DNA of 64,000 nt, from NCBI GenBank assembly GCA_964016885.1, contig OZ024746.1, forward strand, positions 57,288,001 to 57,352,000, given 5' to 3'. Each line of letters begins with the position of its first letter. The first letter of the stretch is position 1. Source of the stretch: Eledone cirrhosa. Taxonomy: Eukaryota. The notes below the pieces were generated by a model that saw nothing but the letters and a program-made list of their open reading frames with translations, did no database searches and had not been told where the DNA came from. This document shows positions 27,750 to 38,170 of this stretch, one piece after another. A program made the translations under genes and the position numbers.

Positions 27750-29841
27750 ATGGCTACGAAAAAGAAATTTCATACGTCACTCCCACTCATTCCGTCTTCT
27801 TCTTCCTCAATCATCACTACAGCAGAGAGAAGATTGTCTCTCTCCCTCCCTTCTTTAAATGTGTCTCTCTCCCTCCCTTCTCTTTCGCAAGCGACGAAAG
27901 AAAAGAAAAGTCTCGTGCAAAGCGTGCAAGGTTTCTCCACGACGACGACGACAGCGACGAAACAGGTGTGCGGGAAATACGAAAACCCAGTTCATTCGTC
28001 TGACGTCAGGAATAATAGCAGTAGCAGCCGTAATAACAACAGCAACAGTGACAATGAAAACAACAATAGCAGCCGCAACAGCATCATCAGCAGCATAAAC
28101 AACAACAGCATTAGCAGCAGCAACACCAACAACAACCACAGCAACAGCGGCGGAGGCAGTAGTCGTAGTACCTGCAGCAACAACAAAAGTACCAGCAGCT
28201 CTGACGACAACAACAACAGAAAAACCAATCTCATTTGCAGGTATTGCGAAAAACTTGGAAACAATCCTCATAACAAATGAGGAATTAGAGGAAGCGAAGA
28301 AGATGGTGACAAAGAACGGACACCGAGCAATCTGCAAGGCAGCGGAAAAATTTTTCGAAACCCAAGAGCACTGTACGGTCACGTACCGTACAGTAAGTAC
28401 AAAATCCCGTAGGGTGGAAAGAGCCACAGAGGCCCAAATACAAAAAGCCTTGGGGTCTGTGTGGCAGCGGAAAACGCACATCACCCGAGGCAAAAAATAT
28501 GCCACCGTAGACGTACTTTTTGCCACACCCCAGGAGGCAAAGGCCCAATCAGTAGTGACCCTAAGGAGCGAGGAAATGGTGTTGGTGCCCTCCTACTGTG
28601 GGCAAAAAATTGTGAGGGTCAAACTGTCCCACGTCCCCCCCGGAATGACCCCTTCTTGGCTGGCCGCGTCTGTCCTCGTCGGAATCGAGGACAAAACAAC
28701 TGTACTGCAAGTACAGAAAAAAGTAAGAGAAGATTGGGTCGGCTCCTCTATTGAGATGCTAATCCAAACCAACCAGGAGTGCATCGAAGCTATCCCGGAT
28801 GTGATAGACTTCGATAACGGCACTCAACTGCCCATAAGTGTTGAGGGCAAACGCCCGAAATGCTTTCGCTGTGGATCGAAGACTCACCTCAGGGCCTTCT
28901 GCAACGAGAAGACCCTGAGAAAGGAGAAAACCCCCCTCCTTCCGAATCCGGCTCCACGGCTACCAGCAACAGGACAAGCGGCAACCAGGAACGATAGGCC
29001 CGTGGCACCCATACCCACTCCACGGAAATCAAAAACAGCAGCAGCAGTGGAAATACTAACAACAACAACAGCAATACCAAATGCAGCTGCAACAGAGACT
29101 CCAGTGCAAACATCACCAACAACAACAAGTGAAAGAGTGGAGCTGGTACCCCTCCCCGACCTCACAGAATCAGACATGGAGTGTGAGGTGGGAGAGAGAT
29201 GGCAAAAGGTCGTAAGAAGGCACAAACGCAGAAGCAGCGCATCGTCGCCTTTGAAAAGGGAGGAAAGAAATGAGAAAAGGGTAAAGTCTACTGCAAAGAG
29301 ACCCACAGCAGCAACAACACCAACACCATCACCACCCACACTAGCGCCACCATCACCACCGGCGACAACCCCACCGCCAACAACACCTTCAACACCACCA
29401 CCACAATCACCAACATCGCAAACACAACAACAAAACACACACACCAAGCAACAACGACAAGAAAATAGCAGAACCACACCCCACCCCCAGAAAAACAAAT
29501 GCACGGCAATAAATACACACAACAAGAAACTAATGACTTACATAATTGAACACACAGACATTTCACAACAGGACTACATAATACCAGCACCAATCAAAAC
29601 GCCAACTAACATAAGACTGCTAAAAATAGCACAGAAACAATACACAAATATTAAAACGAAATTCCCCAACGCAGTTGGTGATTTCAGGGACCTAGGAGGA
29701 ACCATCAATCGAAGAGTATACTCAGACATTCTCTTAGAAGAGCCGACGACCAGCCGAAGGGACGATTCAACGGTCCCTTCACCAGACGATCAAGTGAAAA
29801 GGGGTGTAAAAACCATCCCTCCTCTACCAAAAGTACGGTAA
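27750..29841 (+). pseudogene. ORF1 of T2 copy D, frameshifted near 28218
   Basis: A 5-nt deletion (AGCAG) relative to copy C splits the ORF into 27750-28280 and 28255-29841. Confidence 0.88.
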
Positions 29842-29876
29842 GTGGTCTTTCCCATCTTTTCCACTCTATTTTAAAC

Positions 29877-32800
29877 ATGACCTCACTCAGAATAGGCAGC
29901 ATAAATGCGCGTGGCTTGGGGTCGTCATGGAAGCAGGGTCACCTGCTCAACGACCTCAGGTCACTAAACATAGATGTAGTGGCCATCAGCGAGACCAGAA
30001 TCTCCGAAGCACGGGCCTTCGCACCGATCTTCGGCGGCTACGATGTGTACGCATCTCCCAGCCGTCCTGGATCCGGTGGAGGAGTTGCTGTACTTTTTCG
30101 GAGAGGTTTGGATCTCGCCATACGGGCCATCTTCCTGGACCCAGAGGGTAAGCTGGTGGTGCTGGACGTGACCAGCGGAGACGGGCAAGCTTTCAGGCTA
30201 GTGGCCGTCTATGCCCCGACAGGAGCAGGGCGGCCTGATTTCTTCCGGCGTCTGGAGACCTTTCTTGGAACGTCCCGCTCTTTAGTGTTAGTGGGCGACT
30301 GGAACGGGATCTTAGATGCACGCTGGGATTGTGTGGGATTAGCGGATAGGGGTGGAGGGTGCAAGAGCCTCACCAACCTGCTCAGGCGTTTTGAACTGTC
30401 TGACAGGTACCGATTGGATTTCCCGAATGTGCCAATGTGGACTTGGACAAACCGCATAGGGTCATCCAGATCATATCTAGATAGAGTATTTTGTAGGGAA
30501 ATAGATAGGTCTAGCATAGGCTGTCCACAATTCAAGATAGTCAGCTACACGGACCACAAATTCGTGATCTGTGTGCTTGACTTAGATAGGCTTCATAGAC
30601 GAGGACCCGGCTACTGGAAGCTAAACGCGTCCTTACCAGCGCGCAAGGCCTACAGAGACCGGATTAGCGAACTAGTTAAGCGGGCGTTGACGGGGGCCAT
30701 CGTCAACAACAAGTGGTGGTTTGCTCTGAAAAGAGCGATTAGAATAGAATCGATTAGATTTAGTAAGGCTTTAGCAATAGAGAAAAATAGAGCAGAGGGA
30801 GAACTAGTTAGAAAATTAGACGAGGCGCTTAGCAAAGGCATTGCGACCGACGTGCTTGCGGCGAAATTGGCCCTTGACCAATTCTTCAATGCAAAGCACG
30901 AAGGCTGCGTTGTCAGAGCAAGGGTGCGTGCTCTCAGACACGAGGGGACGAAAGCCGTTCAATGGGCCCGAGTGGCGGAGGCGCGTCGTGGCAACAAAGC
31001 CACGATCCGGTCTTTGGTGGACCACGACGGGCGCATGCTACTCGATCCCGGGCAAATGTGTGAAGCTTTTCAGCGACACTTCGCACAGTTGTTCGGGGGC
31101 AGCGGTGGGCCGGGTAGGGGGATGGACTTTAGTGTCTACCTCGACGGACTGCCGCGGCTCTCGGCCACTGAGTCGGAGTTTTGCGAAAAGCCGATTACAG
31201 CCGCTGAAGCACGGGAGGCAATGACTGGCTGCACAAGGGGTAAATCGCCTGATTTGGATGGTCTGCCCTATGAACTTTACGAACAGATGCCAGACTTGTT
31301 CGGAGGCCTCTTGGCGGACGTCTACTGCAACTGGCAACAGAACGGGAGAATTCCCAGTTCTGTGAGCCGAGGAGCGGTGGCACTGCTGAGAAAGGATCCG
31401 AACAAGGGGGATAACATAGAAAATTTCCGGCCCATAACTCTGCTAAACACAGAGTTTAAGATTTTGGCCAAGGTGCTAGCAAAGAGGTTGGCGCTTGTCG
31501 TTGGTGGTCTGGTGGGAGAGGCGCAGACATGCGCCATACCCGACAGATCCATCCACGACAACCTCCACCTCATGCGATACATCGTAGAGAGGGTAGCTAG
31601 GGAACCTGGCACGGGTGGGTCCTTGATCAATTTAGATCAGTCGAAAGCTTTCGATAGGGTCGACCATCGTTACCTAGCGGCAGTCCTGAGGGCGGCTGGC
31701 TTTGGGCCCGTCTTCAGAGGCTGGATCGCTGCCATGCACAGCGACATCTGCTCTGTGGTGAGAGTGAACGGTCACCTGTCGGAACCGTTCAACATCATGC
31801 GCTCGGTCCGCCAAGGATGTCCCCTCTCGTCCCTCTTGTACGTATTGACTCTCGAGCCATTACTGCACAAACTGGAGACGTTGAGGGGGGTCCCGCGCGA
31901 ACTAGGATGCGGAAGATCCGTATCAGCATATGCGGACGATGTCACCGTAGTGGTGTCGAACGCCAAACACATCGAGGCGATCGGCACTACACTAAGAGAA
32001 TACGAAGCGGTGACAGGAGCAATGATCAACCAGGAAAAGTCAGTGGGCCTGCAGCTCGGCACCTGGAGAGGCAGGTTCATGCCGTCCAACAGCGTCGTCG
32101 GGCGCTGGACGGACGGACCGGTTAAATTGCTAGGGGTCTGGTTCGGTCCGGACCACCAGACGGACAAAAACTGGGACGAGGTGACGAGCAGGGTGGCTTC
32201 TCTCACCCAGAAATGGGCCGAGAGGAAGCTATCCCCGAAAGGTCGAGCGGAGGTGGCTAACGCGTACATCGCGTCCGTCATCTGCTACCGCCTGACCGTC
32301 GTACCTTGTCCTAAGCCTCGCCTGACTGTGCTGGAGCGTTTGCTCTTTCGCTTTTTGTGGAAGGGACGCGCTCCGATGGTCAGGCGGTCCATCTGTTGTC
32401 AACACCCGCTACGTGGAGGGCTGGGCATGCCGTGGCTGATGATGCGCAGGCACGCGCTCAGGCTACGACATCTCCACCTCTTCCTCGACGGTGATCAGGT
32501 GTGGTCGCCGTTTGCTAGACGCGTGTTTCCCCAGCTCGTTTCCTTGACGGAGCTGCAGTCCTGGGTCAAGCGAAGACCGAGAGGGAGCGCCTGGAGACTG
32601 GAATGTCTTCAGGCGCTCACAGCCCTCGACCAATCGGGCAATGTGATCGGTGGAAACTCCACCTCGGCGTTCTATAGAGGATTAGTGGAGGGGAAGAGCG
32701 ACGACGTACTTGGGGAAACTCTAGGCGTCGACGAAAATCAACTAGCCAATCTCTTCGGAAGAACTTTCGGGCCAGGGCCTATGGACAACTTCCAGAAATC

Positions 32801-33296
32801 TCTGGCCTGGCAGTGCTACCGAGGAGCCTTGCCAGTTCGGGATAAACTCTACAGGCATGGAGGTGCCGTCAGCCGGGCATGTCCGAGATGCGCGCAGGGC
32901 GACGAAACCGTCCTGCACGCACTCGTCCAGTGTCCGAAAATTGCTGACTTGTGGGTTTATGTCGAACACCTGCTGTCGCGTTTAGGACGGATCCGGCTAT
33001 CATCTGAGTCCATCGTGAGGATTGCCCCGCCCTCCTCCTCTAGCCGGGAAGGGCAGGCAGTTTTTATCTGCCTGGTGGCCATGGCGAAAGAGATAGTATG
33101 GTGGACACGTTTGAAAGGGCTGAAGACGAACACTTACCTCTTCGGTGATGCTCTGATTGACTTTTTCAAATTTCATTTGAAAAGGAAAATCAGAGTAGAG
33201 AGGGAAGTGCTCTCTTCCCAGCATTTTGTTGAAAGATGGGTGAGAGAAGCAAGTATGGCCCGAGTGAATGGGCCTACTCTGAGCATATATCTGTAA
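29877..33296 (+). CDS. ORF2p (APE-RT-zinc finger), 1139 aa, open frame
   Basis: INARGL, GDWN, YLDR, YTDH; LDQSKAFD, RQGCPLS, YADD; CPRC...HALVQC. Has KSPDLDG where the other copies have KSPGLDG. Confidence 0.95.
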   Translation: MTSLRIGSINARGLGSSWKQGHLLNDLRSLNIDVVAISETRISEARAFAPIFGGYDVYASPSRPGSGGGVAVLFRRGLDLAIRAIFLDPEGKLVVLDVTSGDGQAFRLVAVYAPTGAGRPDFFRRLETFLGTSRSLVLVGDWNGILDARWDCVGLADRGGGCKSLTNLLRRFELSDRYRLDFPNVPMWTWTNRIGSSRSYLDRVFCREIDRSSIGCPQFKIVSYTDHKFVICVLDLDRLHRRGPGYWKLNASLPARKAYRDRISELVKRALTGAIVNNKWWFALKRAIRIESIRFSKALAIEKNRAEGELVRKLDEALSKGIATDVLAAKLALDQFFNAKHEGCVVRARVRALRHEGTKAVQWARVAEARRGNKATIRSLVDHDGRMLLDPGQMCEAFQRHFAQLFGGSGGPGRGMDFSVYLDGLPRLSATESEFCEKPITAAEAREAMTGCTRGKSPDLDGLPYELYEQMPDLFGGLLADVYCNWQQNGRIPSSVSRGAVALLRKDPNKGDNIENFRPITLLNTEFKILAKVLAKRLALVVGGLVGEAQTCAIPDRSIHDNLHLMRYIVERVAREPGTGGSLINLDQSKAFDRVDHRYLAAVLRAAGFGPVFRGWIAAMHSDICSVVRVNGHLSEPFNIMRSVRQGCPLSSLLYVLTLEPLLHKLETLRGVPRELGCGRSVSAYADDVTVVVSNAKHIEAIGTTLREYEAVTGAMINQEKSVGLQLGTWRGRFMPSNSVVGRWTDGPVKLLGVWFGPDHQTDKNWDEVTSRVASLTQKWAERKLSPKGRAEVANAYIASVICYRLTVVPCPKPRLTVLERLLFRFLWKGRAPMVRRSICCQHPLRGGLGMPWLMMRRHALRLRHLHLFLDGDQVWSPFARRVFPQLVSLTELQSWVKRRPRGSAWRLECLQALTALDQSGNVIGGNSTSAFYRGLVEGKSDDVLGETLGVDENQLANLFGRTFGPGPMDNFQKSLAWQCYRGALPVRDKLYRHGGAVSRACPRCAQGDETVLHALVQCPKIADLWVYVEHLLSRLGRIRLSSESIVRIAPPSSSSREGQAVFICLVAMAKEIVWWTRLKGLKTNTYLFGDALIDFFKFHLKRKIRVEREVLSSQHFVERWVREASMARVNGPTLSIYL

Positions 33297-33543
33297 ATTA
33301 AAGGTGGAAAACTGGGAGAGGGCACTTGCCTTGGTGGTCAGGGTCATTGTGGCTTTTTACTGGGCTTTCTCCACAAATGTCCCTCCGAAGTCTCCCCCCT
33401 ATTGGGGAATTGTTCATTGTTATTTTTGTTACATCCTCTGTTTTTGTTTTGTACACGCAGAAATGCCCATTTGTACCGTCCTGCATTGTCCTGCACTGTC
33501 CTTAATGTCTACTTTATGTAAACCCTTGTGGTTAATAAAGAAA

Positions 33544-33581
<38 letters not shown>

Positions 33582-36500
33582 TTTCTTTGAGTCTCAGTTA
33601 ACTGGAAAGTTTGTTGAAATGAATATCAAGCCACTACCTGCAGCCTCAGATATTCAGGACGTATCGGAGGGTCCTTGCTGTTAGCAGCAAGCATGCCATT
33701 TAAAGTGTTCCAAAAAGCGGGGCGGGGCCAATTTTCTTTAACCATCCCTGGAAACATTTTGAGATAGTACCTAATGCGCCTATGACAATCGGGACCACTT
33801 TGACTTCATGGCAGTTCCAAATCCTTTTTACCTCCCACTTTAAGTCCTGGTATCGGCTAATTTTCTTTCTCTCCTTCTCTTACACTCTCGTGTCGAATGG
33901 GCAGGCGACATCCACAATCAGGCACGATCTTTTTTCCTTGTACACAACCACCAGGTCAGGTCTATTGTGTTCCAGGTTCTTGTACGTTCTTTATCCTAAA
34001 ATCCAACAGCACCTTCACCTGATCGTGTTCTATCACCGACTCTGGCATATGCTCATACCACTTCTCAGAATGTGGTAAATTGTTTACTTTGCATAGATGC
34101 CAGTTGATCACCCTTCTCATCACATCATGTCTCCAGCCTTTATAGTGAATTCTGGGCTAGGTCTTTACACTCGGATACAATGTGAGCCACAATCTCCTCT
34201 CTCTCTCCACAGATCCTGCACAGTGGGCTAGTCTACTCCTTGTAAATATGGTGTTTCAGCCACTACGTTTTGAGGGCCTGCTCTTGCGCAGCCATTAGCA
34301 TTCCTTCTGTAGCCTTTTAAAGGTCTCCTCTTCTCAACCAGTTCCATGTCTGTGGATCTCTGAATTCCGTTTTCTCAAAGAAGGTACTATGAAGGGATTG
34401 TTCATGAAGGTTGCTCTTTCTCCTTGTTGTTATTTCCTCCTTGGACATCCCCTGGTCTATTGTCGTCTCATTCAGTACAATTCTGAGCATTGGCTCCTTA
34501 CTATCAGTCACGTATTTGTGTAGGTTGTTTTTCTCCATCTGAACACAGTCTTCTATGCTGATAAGACCTCTTCCACCTTCAGATCTCCTTAAGTAGAGTC
34601 TATCGACATCACTCCTCTTGTGGAACATGTTGTAGATAGTCAATAGCTTCCTAGTCTTCCTATCCATTTCTTTTTGTTCAGCAATATTCCATCTCACAAT
34701 TGCCGCACTGTACATAATAATAGACACAGCTCGGGAATTTACTACACTTATGGCATTCCTACTCTTCAGATGTGACTTTAATACGCTCCTTACTCTCCGA
34801 ATGTATACAGATCTTATCAATTCCTTTTTGTTCTTGATGTAATCAGCCTCCAGAATACCCAAATATTTGTATTCTTCTTCAGTGTCAATTTCCTTTATCA
34901 TATCACCTGTTAGTACCTGGATTCCGTTGCCTCTGCTCAATTTACCCCCTTTCATCACAATCACTCCACACTTACTAATACCGAAATGCATACATATATC
35001 ACTACTGAAAATACGGACGGTGTCAACAAGCACATGCAACTCCTTCTCACTCATCCCGAAGAGCTTAAGTTCGTCCATGAAGAGGAGGTGATTGATGGTA
35101 AGCTCTCCCTGTCCCAACTTGTATCCTGCACTCACTTTTCGCAGTATAATGGCCAGGTGCATCAGGGCAAGGACAAACAACAGAGGGGACAGACTATCTC
35201 GCTTGAAGATACCTCTCTTGATCTTGACGCCTCCCAAGGATTCTCCAGCTGATGTTAACTCTGTTTTACAGGACTTCATACATTTGCTCAACAAATGTCT
35301 GATGTTATCTACAACCTTGAAGATCTCTAGGCTGTTGGTGATCCAAGAATGAGGCACCATGTCAAATGCCTTTTTGTAGTCTATCCATCACATGGCAAGA
35401 CCAGTGTGTCTCCTCTTGCAATTCCGCATTACCATCTTATCAATAAGTAACTGGTGCTTTGTACCACGGGACTTCTTTCGGCATCCTTTCTGTTCGTCCG
35501 GTAACAAGTTGTTTGTGTGGAGGTGATGGTAGATTTACACAGACACAATGCTTGTCAACAGTTTCCACATTACGGACAGACATGTGATAGGTCTATAGTT
35601 GGTAACATTATTACCCTTGATTAGGTCTTTCATTACCAGAACTGTGGTACCTTTTGTCAACCACTGTGGTACCACACCTGACATCAAACAGACATTGAAC
35701 ATGGTTGTCAGTTTCGGGTGGAGGGGTGTTACATTTTTAAACCAATACCCCTGAACACCATCTGGGCCTGGTGATTTCCAGTTGGTTAGTTTTTTGGCCT
35801 GACCCTTAAGAGTTTCAACTGTGATAATCAAATCAGTTTGTTTGTGTGCCTGATCACTAATCTCCATTTGTACTGTCTCAATCCACACTGCCTGGTCATT
35901 ATGTTTAACATCCTGCTCCTATATTCCTCTCCAGAATGTCTTAGTTTGTTCCGCTTCAGGGATCAAGTCGCTGCCTCTTTCTTTCCCTTCAAGCTGTCCA
36001 AACAACATCTTCTGGTTGTTGTCAAACATGCAGTCCTGTCTATACTGACTGACTCTGCTCTCGTATCATCTAATTTTTGTACTCTTTTCTACAATGCGTT
36101 GCTTCAGTTCCTCTATGATAATATGTAACCTTTTCCTCCTAGTTTTGTACTTTATTTCCTGTCTATTTTTAGTGTCTATGTTTTTTAGTGTCCCATTCAG
36201 TAGTGACTCAAGCTTTCCAATGTCATTTCTCATTTCCCTGATTTGACCATTCCGTTGTTTCTTCCACCAAGGTTCTGATCTTTCTTGTTTGTTGTTTCCT
36301 GTCGCTTTTATGCCAAGTAATTTCCTGACCGCATTTGCTGTTGCTTTGAGGATTGTTTTGCACTGGTGAAGGCTCCTCGCCTCAAGGTATGGGATGACTT
36401 TGTTTACCTTAGCTGTTGTTTCTTTTAACTTTTTCCTGTCTACAAACCTTAGGTTCATAGGTTTCCCACTATCATTGTTCATTTCATCTACCACTAAGTT

Positions 36501-37660
36501 TAGGATATCAACCGAATCTTGTCCTAGCCCGTCAGCATGCATCTCCTCAATGGCCGTATCTCTGTTCCAAGTTATTATTTATTTCAGCATTCAGATCATT
36601 GTCTGCTTCGGATGGTTCCTCCGTTCTCTCAACCTCTTCACGTTCATTTCCCACTGGCTCGTTTGCCTGGCATAATCCACCCTCCATGTCCAACCTAATC
36701 TCTCTGCTCAGTTCCTCCAGTTCCAGCTCGCTTATCCACCCATTAGTTTTTATTACCCGAGCCTGTCCGGCCAATTTTTGTTCATCTAATCTAAATAGAC
36801 TAATCTCGTTCCAGATGTTATGCATCCGTTTCCTATAGCCTTTTTCCTTGGGGTTACTCTTCAGGTAACATTACATAACAGTTCTATTCAATTATTTCGT
36901 CCAGTTGGTTCTGGTCCCTTTCCTTCTTCTTCCTCCGACACCAGCAGTATTTGGTTGACAGCCAGCTCTCCGTGCTGCTGAGCCAGGGAGCACCTGTTGG
37001 GTGAGAGTCTGTCACATGACATTCCAGTCTCCACTTCACAATTATTCGAACTGTTTAGGTTCGACAATGAAACACTCTTATCGAGGATTGGCGAATGTAT
37101 GGTTACATAACCACCGGTGAATTCATCACCTCCGGTGATTTGATCACCCCCGGTGATTTTAGAGTGGCACTATCACGCTGTAGACGAACATAAATAAACA
37201 AACAAACAAATAGGTAAAACCCCCCCAAAATAAGCATAAGTTTCATTGTTATGTAATGTTTGAATGTCTGACATAGTTTTTTTGCTTGTCTGTCTGTCTG
37301 TTTGTTTTTCTTCTCTTTTTTTCTTTTCTTTACGTTTTTCGTGCCTGTTGTGCTGTTTTGATTTTTAGTTTTGATTTTATGATTTTTTGACCGGGTCTTC
37401 AAATCAGTCTATTTATATCTGTTGATGCTTTCTTCATTTAGTGGGAATACTATGATGCCTGTCTTAGCAGGAGGTAGTGGGAGAGAATAGCGGCGGTAGC
37501 GATAATGAGGCAGTGGTGTTGGTGATGTGATCGTAGTACTGTAGTGATGGTGTTGAAGTTGAAGGAGAAATAAAGTTGAGGTAACTTCACTAGAGTTTTT
37601 GGCGTGGTAGAGGTAATGGTGGCGGTGGTGGTGTTGGTGGTGAAATGATTTGCCTGTCTG
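33582..37660 (-). mobile_element. Degraded R4/Dong-type non-LTR retrotransposon (family A, older copy)
   Basis: Broken frames with [35 protein letters not shown] and an RLE-type C-terminus. The 3' end abuts (TAA)n on the minus strand. Confidence 0.88.
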
Positions 37661-37927
37661 TCCACTCAGACATTTTTCATTTTTTCGACTATAACATTTC
37701 TGATCCAAAATTAAATATTAAATATTGGGGCCCTATGCCGTAATGTGATGCGTTGTCGCCTGCTGAGGGTCAAAGCTGTAATCTTATATTTCATTTGTAA
37801 TAAGAATTATTCTATCACAGTTGTTTTAAATAAGTAAAAATCAAAAACTTACGGGAGCGATTCCATAACGATATATATCCACCATGTGCGTTTTCTTCCC
37901 TTATTATTATTATTATTACAGTTGCAT

Positions 37928-38019
37928 GTTAACTTTGCCTTTCATCCTTACGGGGTCGATAAAATAAAGTACCAGTAATGCACTGGATAATTGCTGGCCT
38001 TGTGCCAAAAGTAGAAACA
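37928..38019 (+). mobile_element. 5'-truncated SINE with a 16-bp target-site duplication, inserted at the 3' tip of the Dong-B element
   Basis: Matches the 3' half of SINE 18770-18955. ATTATTACAGTTGCAT is duplicated at 37912-37927 and 38020-38035. Confidence 0.85.
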
Positions 38020-38170
38020 ATTATTACAGTTGCATTTATCTTGCTTTATGTTCATACGAGTTATCACCAAGTCACAACCAGTGACCTCAAGAGACAACAA
38101 GGTCCGCCATGTTCAAGGAAGAACATACATACTCACACATGCATCTTTAGTGTTTAGACTTGTGATGTAC

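Larger units (their letters stand above)
27536..33543 (+). mobile_element. Full-length Tx1-type element, family T2, copy D
   Basis: Near-identical tandem copy of 21545-27503, flanked by (ATT)n. Confidence 0.95.
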
